Assembly (NCBI GenBank): GCA_963783655.1
Contig: CAWAOA010000007.1
Coordinates: forward strand, 273,991-337,990
Source: an uncultured Chloroflexia bacterium
Lineage (GTDB): Bacteria > Chloroflexota > Anaerolineae > CG2-30-64-16
Direction of reading: 5' to 3'
DNA: 64,000 nt
Of the stretch, positions 9,568 to 18,287 are shown one piece after another. The stretch's first letter is position 1, and each line of letters starts with the position of its first letter. A program made the translations under genes and the position numbers. The notes under the pieces are model-generated. The model saw nothing but the letters and a program-made list of their open reading frames with translations. It ran no database searches and was not told the DNA's origin.

Positions 9568-10581
9568 TCAGCCCACTTCGCTCACTTTGACCGGCCGGTT
9601 TTCCTTCCAGGACTTGATTGCCGCGTAAGCCAGCGCCACAGCCGCCCGCCCATCCCGGCCCGTCACCTGAGGCGTCTTGTCGTGTAGCACGCAGTCCACG
9701 AAGGAGCGGATCTCGGAAACGTACGTCTCCGCATAACGCTCGATGAAGAAGAGCGGCAGCTTGGGAGAATGGAAGCCGCCGGCATCCGCCAGCACGACCG
9801 TATTGGCAACTTCATTCCCTGCCGCAGCCGACCCGCTGCTGCCGAACACCTCGACCCGTTGGTCGTAGCCGTATACCGCTCGCCGGCTGTTATCGATCAC
9901 CCCCACGGCTCCATTCTCAAAACGCAACGTGGTCACGGCGGTATCGATGTCGTCCGCCTCACCCAGCTCGGGTGCCACCAGAAGGCTGCCCGCGGCAAAT
10001 ACCTCCTGTACCTCACCCATCTGGAACCGAGCCATGTCAAAGTCGTGGATCGTCATGTCGAGGAAGATGCAGCCCGCCACCTGGACATAGGAGAGGGGCG
10101 GCGGTTCCGGGTCCCGGCTGCTGATATGAAGGATGCACGGCTCCCCTACCCTGCCGTCCGCCACCAATTGGTGTACGTGTTGAAAGTTGCGGTCAAATCG
10201 GCGATTGAACCCGATCTGCAGCTTTACGCCTGCCCGCTCGACCTCGGACAGTGCCCGGTCGATGCTGGCCAGATCCATGTGGATGGGTTTCTCGCAGAAG
10301 ATATGTTTTCCCGCCTTCGCGGCATCCTCGATCATGAAGGCGTGGGTATCGGTGCTCGACGCGACCAATACGGCGTCGATGGTAGGATCGTCCAACAGCT
10401 CGCGGTAGTCCCGCACAACGCGGTCGATGCCCACCGCTGCTCCCACCGCTTCGGCCACGTCAAGGCGGATGTCGCATAGCGCCGTGATGTTCGCCTCTGG
10501 GAGGTGACGGACGATATTCCGGCTGTGGAATCCACCCATGCGGCCGGTTCCGATAACACCCAGATTGATTCTGTCTGGCAT
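9568..10581 (-). CDS. Gfo/Idh/MocA family oxidoreductase (inositol 2-dehydrogenase-like), intact paralog
   Basis: Starts MPDRINLGVIGTGRMGGFHS after GAGGGAAcaa. Full-length 337 aa. It is a paralog of 5116..6128. Confidence 0.9.
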   Translation of the reverse strand: MPDRINLGVIGTGRMGGFHSRNIVRHLPEANITALCDIRLDVAEAVGAAVGIDRVVRDYRELLDDPTIDAVLVASSTDTHAFMIEDAAKAGKHIFCEKPIHMDLASIDRALSEVERAGVKLQIGFNRRFDRNFQHVHQLVADGRVGEPCILHISSRDPEPPPLSYVQVAGCIFLDMTIHDFDMARFQMGEVQEVFAAGSLLVAPELGEADDIDTAVTTLRFENGAVGVIDNSRRAVYGYDQRVEVFGSSGSAAAGNEVANTVVLADAGGFHSPKLPLFFIERYAETYVSEIRSFVDCVLHDKTPQVTGRDGRAAVALAYAAIKSWKENRPVKVSEVG

Positions 10582-10632
10582 TTGTTCCCTCGAGGATCGC
10601 AGTCGCAGCAGTGAAGTCAGGCGACAGCCTGG

Positions 10633-10646
10633 CGCACACGTGTGCA
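10633..10646. promoter_or_regulatory. Palindromic operator copy 2 (CGCACACGTGTGCA)
   Basis: Lies in the divergent intergenic region between the Gfo/Idh/MocA gene (minus) and the PfkB kinase gene (plus). The core GCACACGTGTGC is a perfect palindrome. Confidence 0.55.
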
Positions 10647-10783
10647 CGGTACAAATCTACACCCGTGTCGCGAGTTCGTCAAGTCCTGGATGCGCCCGCA
10701 TGAAGGGCGGATTGGCAGGCGCCCGGCGATTGTCGTATCATGCTCACCCATTGAGCAGGTTCTTGATCCCCCATGGAGGACCA

Positions 10784-11686
10784 GTGACGGACACACAACC
10801 ATACGACCTTGCATTCGTCGGCCACTATACCAGGGATACGATTGTATATCCGCACTCTACCCGCACGCAGGATGGCGGCGGCTACTACTTCGGAGCGGTG
10901 GTAGCGGCCCGCATGGGGCTTGCGGTCGCGGTGGTGACCCGGCTCGCCGAGGAGGACTGGGAGGCGGTCCGCAAGCTGGAACGGTTGGGCGTCAGAATGC
11001 TGGCCCGTCCGGTGCCCTCCTCCACCGTGCTGCGGCTCACCTACCCAACCAGCAACCTGGACCAACGCATCATCGAATTGAGCTCGTGGGCCGGGCCATT
11101 TGAAGCCGAAGATCTCGCCGGCGTGAATGCAAGGGCTTTTGCCGTCGCCGCTTCTTCGATTCGAGGAGAGATCTCGCCCGAATTGGTGGGCTCGCTGGCT
11201 TCCCGGTCCACGATGGTGGCGCTTGACGTCCAGGGATTCATCCGCGTGGAGGACGGCGGCGTGCTCGGGCATGACAACTGGCCCGAAAAAGAAGAGGTGC
11301 TGCGTCACGTCAGTATCCTGAAGACCGACTCAGTAGAGGCTGAACTCCTCACAGGCGAGAAAAATATGGCAGAAGCGGCCCGGCGACTGTCGGAGTACGG
11401 CCCACGAGAAGTGCTCGTCACGCACTCGGGCGGCGTCTTGCTTTGGCATGACGGGGTGGTGGATGAAGCGCCGTTCGTGCCCAGAGAACTGAAGGGGCGG
11501 AGCGGGCGAGGCGACACCTGCACGGGAGCCTACGTAGCTCGCCGCCTGAGCGCCTCACCGCGGGATGCTCTGTTCTGGACGGCAGCTGTAACCAGCCTGA
11601 AGCTCGAGGAGGAGGGCCCGTTCAACCGCGATATCAGCGAGGCAGAAGCGCTGTACGAGCGACTGCGTGGAGGCGAAGGACGCTAA
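10784..11686 (+). CDS. PfkB family carbohydrate kinase
   Basis: C-terminal part of ORF 10538..11686. Probable GTG start at 10784 after GGAGGA (start uncertain; an alternative ATG lies at 10700). Motifs: DLAFVGHYTRD and GRGDTCTGAY (PfkB signature). Confidence 0.8.
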   Translation: MTDTQPYDLAFVGHYTRDTIVYPHSTRTQDGGGYYFGAVVAARMGLAVAVVTRLAEEDWEAVRKLERLGVRMLARPVPSSTVLRLTYPTSNLDQRIIELSSWAGPFEAEDLAGVNARAFAVAASSIRGEISPELVGSLASRSTMVALDVQGFIRVEDGGVLGHDNWPEKEEVLRHVSILKTDSVEAELLTGEKNMAEAARRLSEYGPREVLVTHSGGVLLWHDGVVDEAPFVPRELKGRSGRGDTCTGAYVARRLSASPRDALFWTAAVTSLKLEEEGPFNRDISEAEALYERLRGGEGR

Positions 11687-11712
11687 CAGCGCAAACCGGC
11701 CAATTGCACTCA

Positions 11713-11726
11713 TGCACACGTGTCCA
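11713..11726. promoter_or_regulatory. Palindromic operator copy 3 (TGCACACGTGTCCA)
   Basis: Lies 8 nt upstream of the -35 box of the ABC transporter promoter. It has one mismatch to a perfect palindrome. Confidence 0.5.
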
Positions 11727-11734
11727 CTCTGCGA

Positions 11735-11764
11735 TTGACAGCCGAAGCCGCTTAATGCTATGAT
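11735..11764 (+). promoter_or_regulatory. Candidate sigma-70 promoter of the ABC transporter operon (TTGACA-18-TATGAT)
   Basis: Read directly from the sequence: gcgaTTGACAgccgaagccgcttaatgcTATGATgcg. Confidence 0.55.
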
Positions 11765-11936
11765 GCGCGCGCTGCCCGGCCATCCAACACAGCAATAGCG
11801 CGAGTTTGCCGCGTGGCAAACGTGCCGGTGAGCGGGCCGTCCCGCCTCCACGCTGCACTTCTCTGTCGATCCCTGAACCGGAGCCAGGTGCTCCGCGTAA
11901 GAACAACGTCCGTTCACATCATCAGGAGAGAAGACC

Positions 11937-13152
11937 ATGGAAGACCCCAAGTCGAAGACTCCCTCGGAGTCACACGTCTCGCAGGACACACCGCTCCGCG
12001 CCTCGGCCGCCGGCGTTTCCTGCAGCTGCTGGGCAGCGGTAGCGTCATTGGGCTGGCAGCCGCATGTGCCCAACCCGCCGCCACGCCCACAACCGCCCCG
12101 GCCGCCAAGCCGGCCGCCACCACCGCACCTGCTGCTCCGGCTGCCTCGCTCACCAAGGCCGCTGCAACCACCGTGCCGGCGACTGCAGCGGCGCCTGCTG
12201 CTGCCAAGGCAAGCGGTCGTATCTCCGTCTACTCAGCCTTGAACGAGACCACCAATAACGCCTTCGTGGACGCCTTCAAGAAGGCGACCCCGGGCGTCGA
12301 AGTGGACTTGTTGCCGCTCGCGGCAGCCGGTGAGCTCCAGACCCGCATCCGCACCGAAAAGAACTCCCCCAAGGCCGACGTCTTCATCGGCGGCTCCAGC
12401 GAGTTCCACGATCCACTCGGCAAGGAAGGCCTGCTCGAGGCGTACAAGTCGCCAAATGCCGCTGGGGTGGACGCTCAGTACAAGAACGCGGACGGCCTCT
12501 GGACCGGGTTCTACCTCGGCATCTTCGGCCTCGTGATCAACACGGACCGCTGGGCCAAGGAGATGGCTAACGTCAAGAAGCCGGCTGTCTGGGAAGACTT
12601 GCTGACTCCGGAATGGAAAGACAAGCTGATCTACCCCGACCCCATCAAGACGGGCGGCGGGTACATCTTCATCGCCACGCAGGTCTTCCGGTTCAACCGC
12701 GACGAAGCCAAGGCGATGGACTTCATGAAGAAGCTTCACGCCAACATCGCCCAATACGTCGGCACTTCGCCACAGGGCATCCAGCTCGTCGGCCAGGGCC
12801 AGTTCCTCGCCTGCCCGAACTGGGGACACGATATCCTGACCGCCAAGAACCAGGGTAACCCGGTCGAGTTCGTGGTTCCTGCGAACACCGGATTCGAGAT
12901 CGGCGCCGTCAGCATCGTCAAGGGCGGTCCCAACCTGCCGGCCGCCAAGGCGTTCATCGACTGGGTCCTGACCAAGGAGGCCGGCGAGCTGAACGTCAAG
13001 CTATCGAACCGGTTGTCGGTCCGCAAGGACGTACCTCCCGCTCCCGGCGCACCGACGTTGGACCAGGTAACCTGGTCACCTACGACCGCGACTGGGCGAG
13101 CGCCAACAAGGACCGCCTGCTGAAACTGTGGCAGTCCACCGTCGGCGTCTGA
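11937..13152 (+). pseudogene. ABC transporter substrate-binding lipoprotein (family 1, Fe3+/FbpA-AfuA-like) with Tat signal; two frameshifts as sequenced
   Basis: ATG 11937 follows AGGAGAG. The frame changes before the Tat/lipobox signal (RRRFLQLLGSGSVIGLAAAC). The main body is ORF 11813..13123. The C-terminus continues in another frame (NLVTYDRDWASANKDRLLKLWQSTVGV*, stop 13150-13152), with the lesion at AA 13069-13070. Confidence 0.8.
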
Positions 13153-13214
13153 TCTGGTGACTCCGCCATGGCGTAGGCGGACAATCTCGACCTAAGGCAC
13201 AGGACAGGGACCGC

Positions 13215-14836
13215 ATGCGAAAGCTAATCCGCGAACCCGCTCTCGGGCTGACGTTGTTACTCCTCGTCCTCCTGATGGCGGCATTCATCATCTATCCGCA
13301 GGTACAGGTGGTGATCACACCGGGCCTGGCCGGTTATGTCTACTTCTTTCGGGAAGGGATGTGGCAGCGCCCGCTGATGAACTCGGTGGTGTCCACCCTC
13401 CTTGCGACAACCACGGCTGTGCTTTTTGGCCTGATCTACGCCTACGCCATGGTATCGAGCGACATGCGCTGGAAGCCGTTCTTCCGGCTGGTCGGGATGC
13501 TCCCGCTGCTCTCGCCGCCATTCGTCGTGGCGGCCAGCTACATCTTGCTCTTCGGCCCGCGCGGCGTGATCTCGTGGCACATTTTCGGGCAGAGCCTGGA
13601 ATGTGCTGGGGATGTGGGGGCTATGGGGCGTGCAGACGATTGCCTTCTTCCCCTTTGCCTACCAGTTGATCGCCGATGTGCTGTCGCGGGGCGATCCGCG
13701 CCAGGAGCAGGCCGCGCGCAACCTGGGCGCAGGGCCGTGGCAGGTCTTCAAGAGCGTCACCCTGCCGATGGCGCGGTCCGGGATTGACTTCCGCGATCCT
13801 GATCACGGCCATCTACATCCTCGAGGATTTCGGCAACCCGGCCCTGATCGCCGGCCGCTACACGGTGCTGCCGACGCAGGCCTACGGCCTGGTCTCGGGA
13901 TTCGGCGACGTATCAGGCGCCGCGGCGGTCAGCACGATCCTCACGGTTCTGGCCCTGGTGCTCTACGTCGCCCACCTGCGGCTCGAGGGCAAGGGAGGCT
14001 CGTACGTAACGGTCAGCGGCCGCGCGTCTCAATGCCGCGGCCACCCGTGTCGCGCGCCGTTTCGCGGGGTTGCTTCATCGCCTGCATGGTGCTGGCGATC
14101 CTGATCATGATGGTCTACGGCGTGTTGATCGTCAGTGCGCTCACGATCAGTTTCCCGAACAACCTTGACGTTCACCCTCAAGCACTTCGACTACATGGGC
14201 GCGCATTCCGTCTCGCTGCGCAACACGCTCGTCTACGGCGGCGCTGCCGCGATCATCTGCACGCTGTATTCACTCCTGCTGGCCTTCCTGGTGCAGCGCC
14301 ACAGCTGGCCGGGCCGGCGGGTCGTGGACTTCCTGGCGATCATGCCGGCGGCTGTGCCCGGGCATCTTCTTCGGGATCGGCTACGCCACGGCCTTCAATC
14401 AGCAGTGGCTCGACTGGCTCGATCGCGGCGCATTGATCACGATCTCGTTGATCTTCTGGAACATCCCGGTGGCGTACCGGGCGGGAATGGCCGGGCTGCA
14501 GCAGATCGGCCGGTCGATCGACGAAGCGGGGACCAGCCTGGGCGCCAGCAGCCTGCGCACATTTCAAGGACGTCCTGTTCCCGCTGCTGCGCGGCCCAAT
14601 GCTGACCGGAATTGGGACGACGTTCGTCCGGGCCGTGACCACCCTGTCTGTCGTGATCTTCCTGTTCACGCCCGGCCACGACCGCCACAATCACGATCTT
14701 CCAGCTCGTCAACGACTTCAACTGGGGCGGCGCGACCGCCTTCACCGTATCCGTCATCGGCATGGCAGTGCTGGTCCTTGTCGGGGTATGGATCTTGGGT
14801 GGGCGCACGAATCGCGTGGAGGTGTCCGGTGGCTAA
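13215..14836 (+). pseudogene. ABC transporter permease, fused two-domain (FbpB/AfuB-like); about 7 frameshifts as sequenced
   Basis: Homolog-like TM segments jump between frames: 13215.., 13603.., 13676.., 14135.., 14433.., 14599.., and a final frame ending GGRTNRVEVSGG* (TAA 14834-14836). There are two EAA-like loops (EQAARNLGAGPWQVF; DEAGTSLGASSLRTF). Confidence 0.8.
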
Positions 14837-14903
14837 CTCACCCACAGATGTAGCCCTCGAGATCGGTGAACCTGGATCAAATGCCATGTCCCGCGGAGGA
14901 GTG

Positions 14904-15982
14904 ATGGAGAACCTACGCGCCGCGCACTTGACGATTGACGGCGTCAGCAAGCGATTTGGGAATGTCCTGGCGGTCGACAATGTCAGTTTACGACATCCCG
15001 CAGGGCTCATTTGCGACCTTGCTCGGCCCGTCGGGCTGCGGCAAGACTACCCTGTTGCGGATCATTGCCGGCTTTTACGAGCCAGACGCCGGCGCGCATC
15101 TATCTGGACGACAAGCGCATCGACAACATGCCCGCCCATCGCCGGGGCACCGCCATGGTCTTCCAGGACTACGCTCTGTTCCCCCACATGACCGTCCAGC
15201 AGAACGTTAGCTACGGCCTAAAGGTGCAGAAGGTAGCGGACAGTGAGGTGAAGCGCCGCGTCGGGGAGACGCTCGAGTTCGTCGGCCTGGCGGGCCTCGG
15301 TGAACGCTGGCCCGATCAGCTATCGGGCGGGCAGCAACAACGCGTCGCCCTGGCCCGTGCCCTGATCGTGCGGCCGAAGGTACTGCTGCTCGACGAGCCG
15401 CTCTCCAACCTGGACGCGAATCTCCGCGAGCGGATGCGATGGGAGCTGCGCTCGCTCCAGCAGCAGCTGAGCATCACGTTCCTCTACGTCACGCACGACC
15501 AGTCAGAAGCACTGGCCATGTCCGACTGGATCGCGGTGATGAAGTCGGGCCAGGTGATGCAGTGGGGGAATCCCTGGGAGATCTACTACAAGCCGACCAA
15601 CACCTTCATGGCAGAGTTCGTCGGCGCGGCCAATCTGCGTACTGTACCGGTTACGGAGCGTAGCTCTTCCGAGGTGAAGTTGCTGCTCGATGGACAGTGT
15701 TTGCCGCTACCCAATCCTGAGAAGCCGGTGGGCGACGAGGCGTTGATCTGCGTCCGCCCGGAGTCGATCAGAATCAGCAAGCAGCCTGAGCATGCTCCAA
15801 TGGTGAACGTGCCGGGCGAAGTGTCACGCAGGGCATTCCTGGGTCACATCATGCGCTATTGGGTCCAGTGTGGGGAATTTGAATGGATGGTGGACCAGTC
15901 GGACCCGGGCTCGATTGCAGCGCCGTACGACGGCCAGGTCTTTCTGTCGTTCAACCCCGATCGAGTTCACATCATCTCGTGA
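14904..15982 (+). pseudogene. ABC transporter ATP-binding protein (FbpC/PotA-like); two frameshifts as sequenced
   Basis: [19 protein letters not shown] follows GGAGGA. Walker A ([11 protein letters not shown]) lies in a second frame. The Q-loop, signature (LSGGQQQRVALARAL), Walker B (LLLDEPLS) and a TOBE-like C-terminus lie in ORF 15011..15982. Confidence 0.85.
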
Positions 15983-16836
15983 CTCCCTCATCCGCACGCG
16001 GCAAACCGCTCTCGCCAGATCATTGGCGAGAGCGGTTTGCTGCCAGTACCACTCTCTACCAATGGCAATCCATCGATGTGGCCCTGGAGCGACTGGCCGC
16101 GGCCGGTTTCCGTTGGATAGAGATGGCCGACGACTTCTCGGACCCTCGGTGCGATCCAGATGTCCCGGCCGTGGGACGGCAGATGGCAGCACTCGGCCTG
16201 CGGGCGCACTCGCTGCACCTGCCCATTGCGCGGGTCGCGATCGGCCATCCAGACCGGCAGCGCCGCGAGGAGTGCCGGCAACTGATGGTTGCTGCGCTGG
16301 ACCTTGCCGCGGCATGGCATGCCGGGATCGCCGTGCTGCACGTCAACGCCGGGATCGCCGATCTGCCTCCGGCTGCACGTGACGAGAGCCGGAAGGCGTC
16401 GATCGATCTGGTTCATCAACTTGCAGAGCGGTCCGAAGCCCTCGGAATTCGGCTGGCGCTGGAAAACCTGCCCGTTGAGGCCGGAAAAGAAGAGCGATTC
16501 GGCTCCTCGTTACGGGAACTGGCGGTCGAGTTCCCGGAGCCTCAGATCGGCTTCTGTCTGGATACGGGCCACGCACTGTGCAATCGCGAGGATATGGGCG
16601 CTGAGATCGAGGCGGCCGGCGCTCGCCTTGTATCCGTACACGTATCCGATAACGACGGAAGCGGCGACCTGCACTGGCCCCCCGGGCACGGAATCCTGGA
16701 CCTGGAGGCAATGGAACGAGGATTTGCAGCCGTTGGATATCACGGGCGCCTGGTTCTCGAGCTGTTGCGCGATGCCGCCGGGAACCCCTCAGATATTGTC
16801 CTCAAGGAAGCCATTGACTGCCTCGGATCGCCCTAG
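15979..16836 (+). CDS. Sugar phosphate isomerase/epimerase (xylose isomerase-like TIM barrel), second copy
   Basis: C-terminal 285 codons of ORF 15883..16836. The GTG start overlaps the ATPase stop (GTGA). Motifs: GFRWIEM, LHLP, ALENL, FCLDTGH, VHVSDNDG. The exact start is uncertain. Confidence 0.75.
   Translation: MTPSSARGKPLSPDHWRERFAASTTLYQWQSIDVALERLAAAGFRWIEMADDFSDPRCDPDVPAVGRQMAALGLRAHSLHLPIARVAIGHPDRQRREECRQLMVAALDLAAAWHAGIAVLHVNAGIADLPPAARDESRKASIDLVHQLAERSEALGIRLALENLPVEAGKEERFGSSLRELAVEFPEPQIGFCLDTGHALCNREDMGAEIEAAGARLVSVHVSDNDGSGDLHWPPGHGILDLEAMERGFAAVGYHGRLVLELLRDAAGNPSDIVLKEAIDCLGSP
16001..16040 (+). other. Perfect 16-bp inverted repeat (hairpin) just after the ATPase stop and inside the predicted 5' end of the TIM-barrel gene
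   Basis: GCAAACCGCTCTCGCC-agatcatt-GGCGAGAGCGGTTTGC, with no U tract downstream. Confidence 0.6.
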
Positions 16837-16873
16837 CGGAACCATCTGGAGTATGCCAGAGGGACGAATATAA

Positions 16874-16912
16874 AGGAGCGCCGAACAGACTGCCCGGCGC
16901 TCCTCTTTCGTC
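16874..16912. terminator. Bidirectional intrinsic terminator between convergent genes (TIM barrel / hflX)
   Basis: AGGAGCGCCG-11 nt-CGGCGCTCCT followed by CTTTCGTCTT. On the opposite strand it is followed by TTTATATT. Confidence 0.7.
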
Positions 16913-16936
16913 TTCTGTCAGGCTGGGCGCACAGCC

Positions 16937-18220
16937 CTACACCTCACCACTATCGCCACTGAATCCTGAAAACTGCGGCCACAGGGTCTTCGGTATCCGA
17001 CCCACGAGCCTGGTGCCCCGTTCGACGTGCTCCTCGCGGTCCACGACGCCGCGACGGTGGATGAGAGCAAGCAGATCCCCGCGCGGATAAGGCAGCAGCA
17101 GCTCTACCTCGATCAGCTCCTCGCTCAAAACCTCTTCGATCCGCGCAAGAAGCTGGACCAGGCCCTGCCCCGAAAGCGCTGAGATAGGCACACTGTTCGG
17201 GAGGTCGGACAACTGCTCCGACAGCTCATCCGCATTGGGCAGCAAATCGATCTTATTGAGCGCGACGACAATCGGCTGCTCGTCCGCTCCCAGCTCCGAA
17301 AGCACCTGCAGTACGGTCTCCGCCTGCTGCTGGGCGTTATCATGCGTTACGTCAACTACGTGCAGCAAGAGGTCTGCTTCCGCGATCTCCTCGAGCGTTG
17401 CCCGAAAGGCCGCGACCAGCGTCGTGGGCAGCTTCTGGATGAAACCGACGGTGTCGGTAAACAACACCTGCCTGCCGCCGGGAAGCGCCACACGCCGGGT
17501 AGTCGGATCGAGAGTGGCGAAGAGCTGGTCTGCCGCGTAGACGTTAGCCCCGGTCAGCGCGTTCAGCAGCGTCGACTTGCCTGCGTTCGTGTATCCCACC
17601 AACGCCACGACGGGGATCGCCTCCTCAACCCGGTGCCGCCGGTATTGAGCCCGGTGCGTCCGCACGTCTTCGAGCTCTCGCTTCAGCGTCGCGATCCGAT
17701 GCCGGATCTCCCGGCGATCGACCTCGAGCTGCATTTCGCCGGGACCCCGTAACCCTACACCCCCGGAGCCACCCCGCGCTGCCCCGCCGCCTGCCTGGCG
17801 AGCGAGGTGCGTCCACGCCCGCGTCAGGCGCGGCAGCCGGTACTCATATTGCGCCAGCTCCACCTGCAGGGCGCCTTCGCGGGTGTGGGCATGCTTTGCG
17901 AAGATATCCAGGATCAGGGCGGTGCGGTCAAGGACCTTGACGTCTTCGTTGCCGATTGCTCTCTCGAGCTCGCGCTGCTGCGCCGGCGAGAGCTCTTCGT
18001 CGAAGATCACTACCCCCGCCCCCAACTCCTTGGTGGCAGCCACCAGCTCGGAGACTTTGCCACTCCCGATCAGTGTCGCCGGGTTGGGTCGCTCGAGACG
18101 CTGCTCCAGCGTCCCGACCACCTCCAGCCCGGCCGTTTGAGCGAGCTGATCCAATTCCGAAAGCGAATCCGACAACAGCCAGGCGGAGCGCCTGTCCTTG
18201 TCCTTATATTCTACTCCCAC
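16937..18220 (-). CDS. hflX: GTPase HflX
   Basis: Intact ORF containing the HflX N-terminal domain, G1 (GYTNAGKSTLLNALTG), G3 (DTVGF) and G4 (NKID). The conserved EKAILVGV motif extends upstream of the GTG at 18220, so the true start is probably about 18271. Confidence 0.9.
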   Translation of the reverse strand: MGVEYKDKDRRSAWLLSDSLSELDQLAQTAGLEVVGTLEQRLERPNPATLIGSGKVSELVAATKELGAGVVIFDEELSPAQQRELERAIGNEDVKVLDRTALILDIFAKHAHTREGALQVELAQYEYRLPRLTRAWTHLARQAGGGAARGGSGGVGLRGPGEMQLEVDRREIRHRIATLKRELEDVRTHRAQYRRHRVEEAIPVVALVGYTNAGKSTLLNALTGANVYAADQLFATLDPTTRRVALPGGRQVLFTDTVGFIQKLPTTLVAAFRATLEEIAEADLLLHVVDVTHDNAQQQAETVLQVLSELGADEQPIVVALNKIDLLPNADELSEQLSDLPNSVPISALSGQGLVQLLARIEEVLSEELIEVELLLPYPRGDLLALIHRRGVVDREEHVERGTRLVGRIPKTLWPQFSGFSGDSGEV

Positions 18221-18287
18221 CAGGATCGCCTTCTCTCCCGGTGCGTCTATCTGAAAGTTTCGGTCTGCGATCTTCGCCTCCCAGTAG

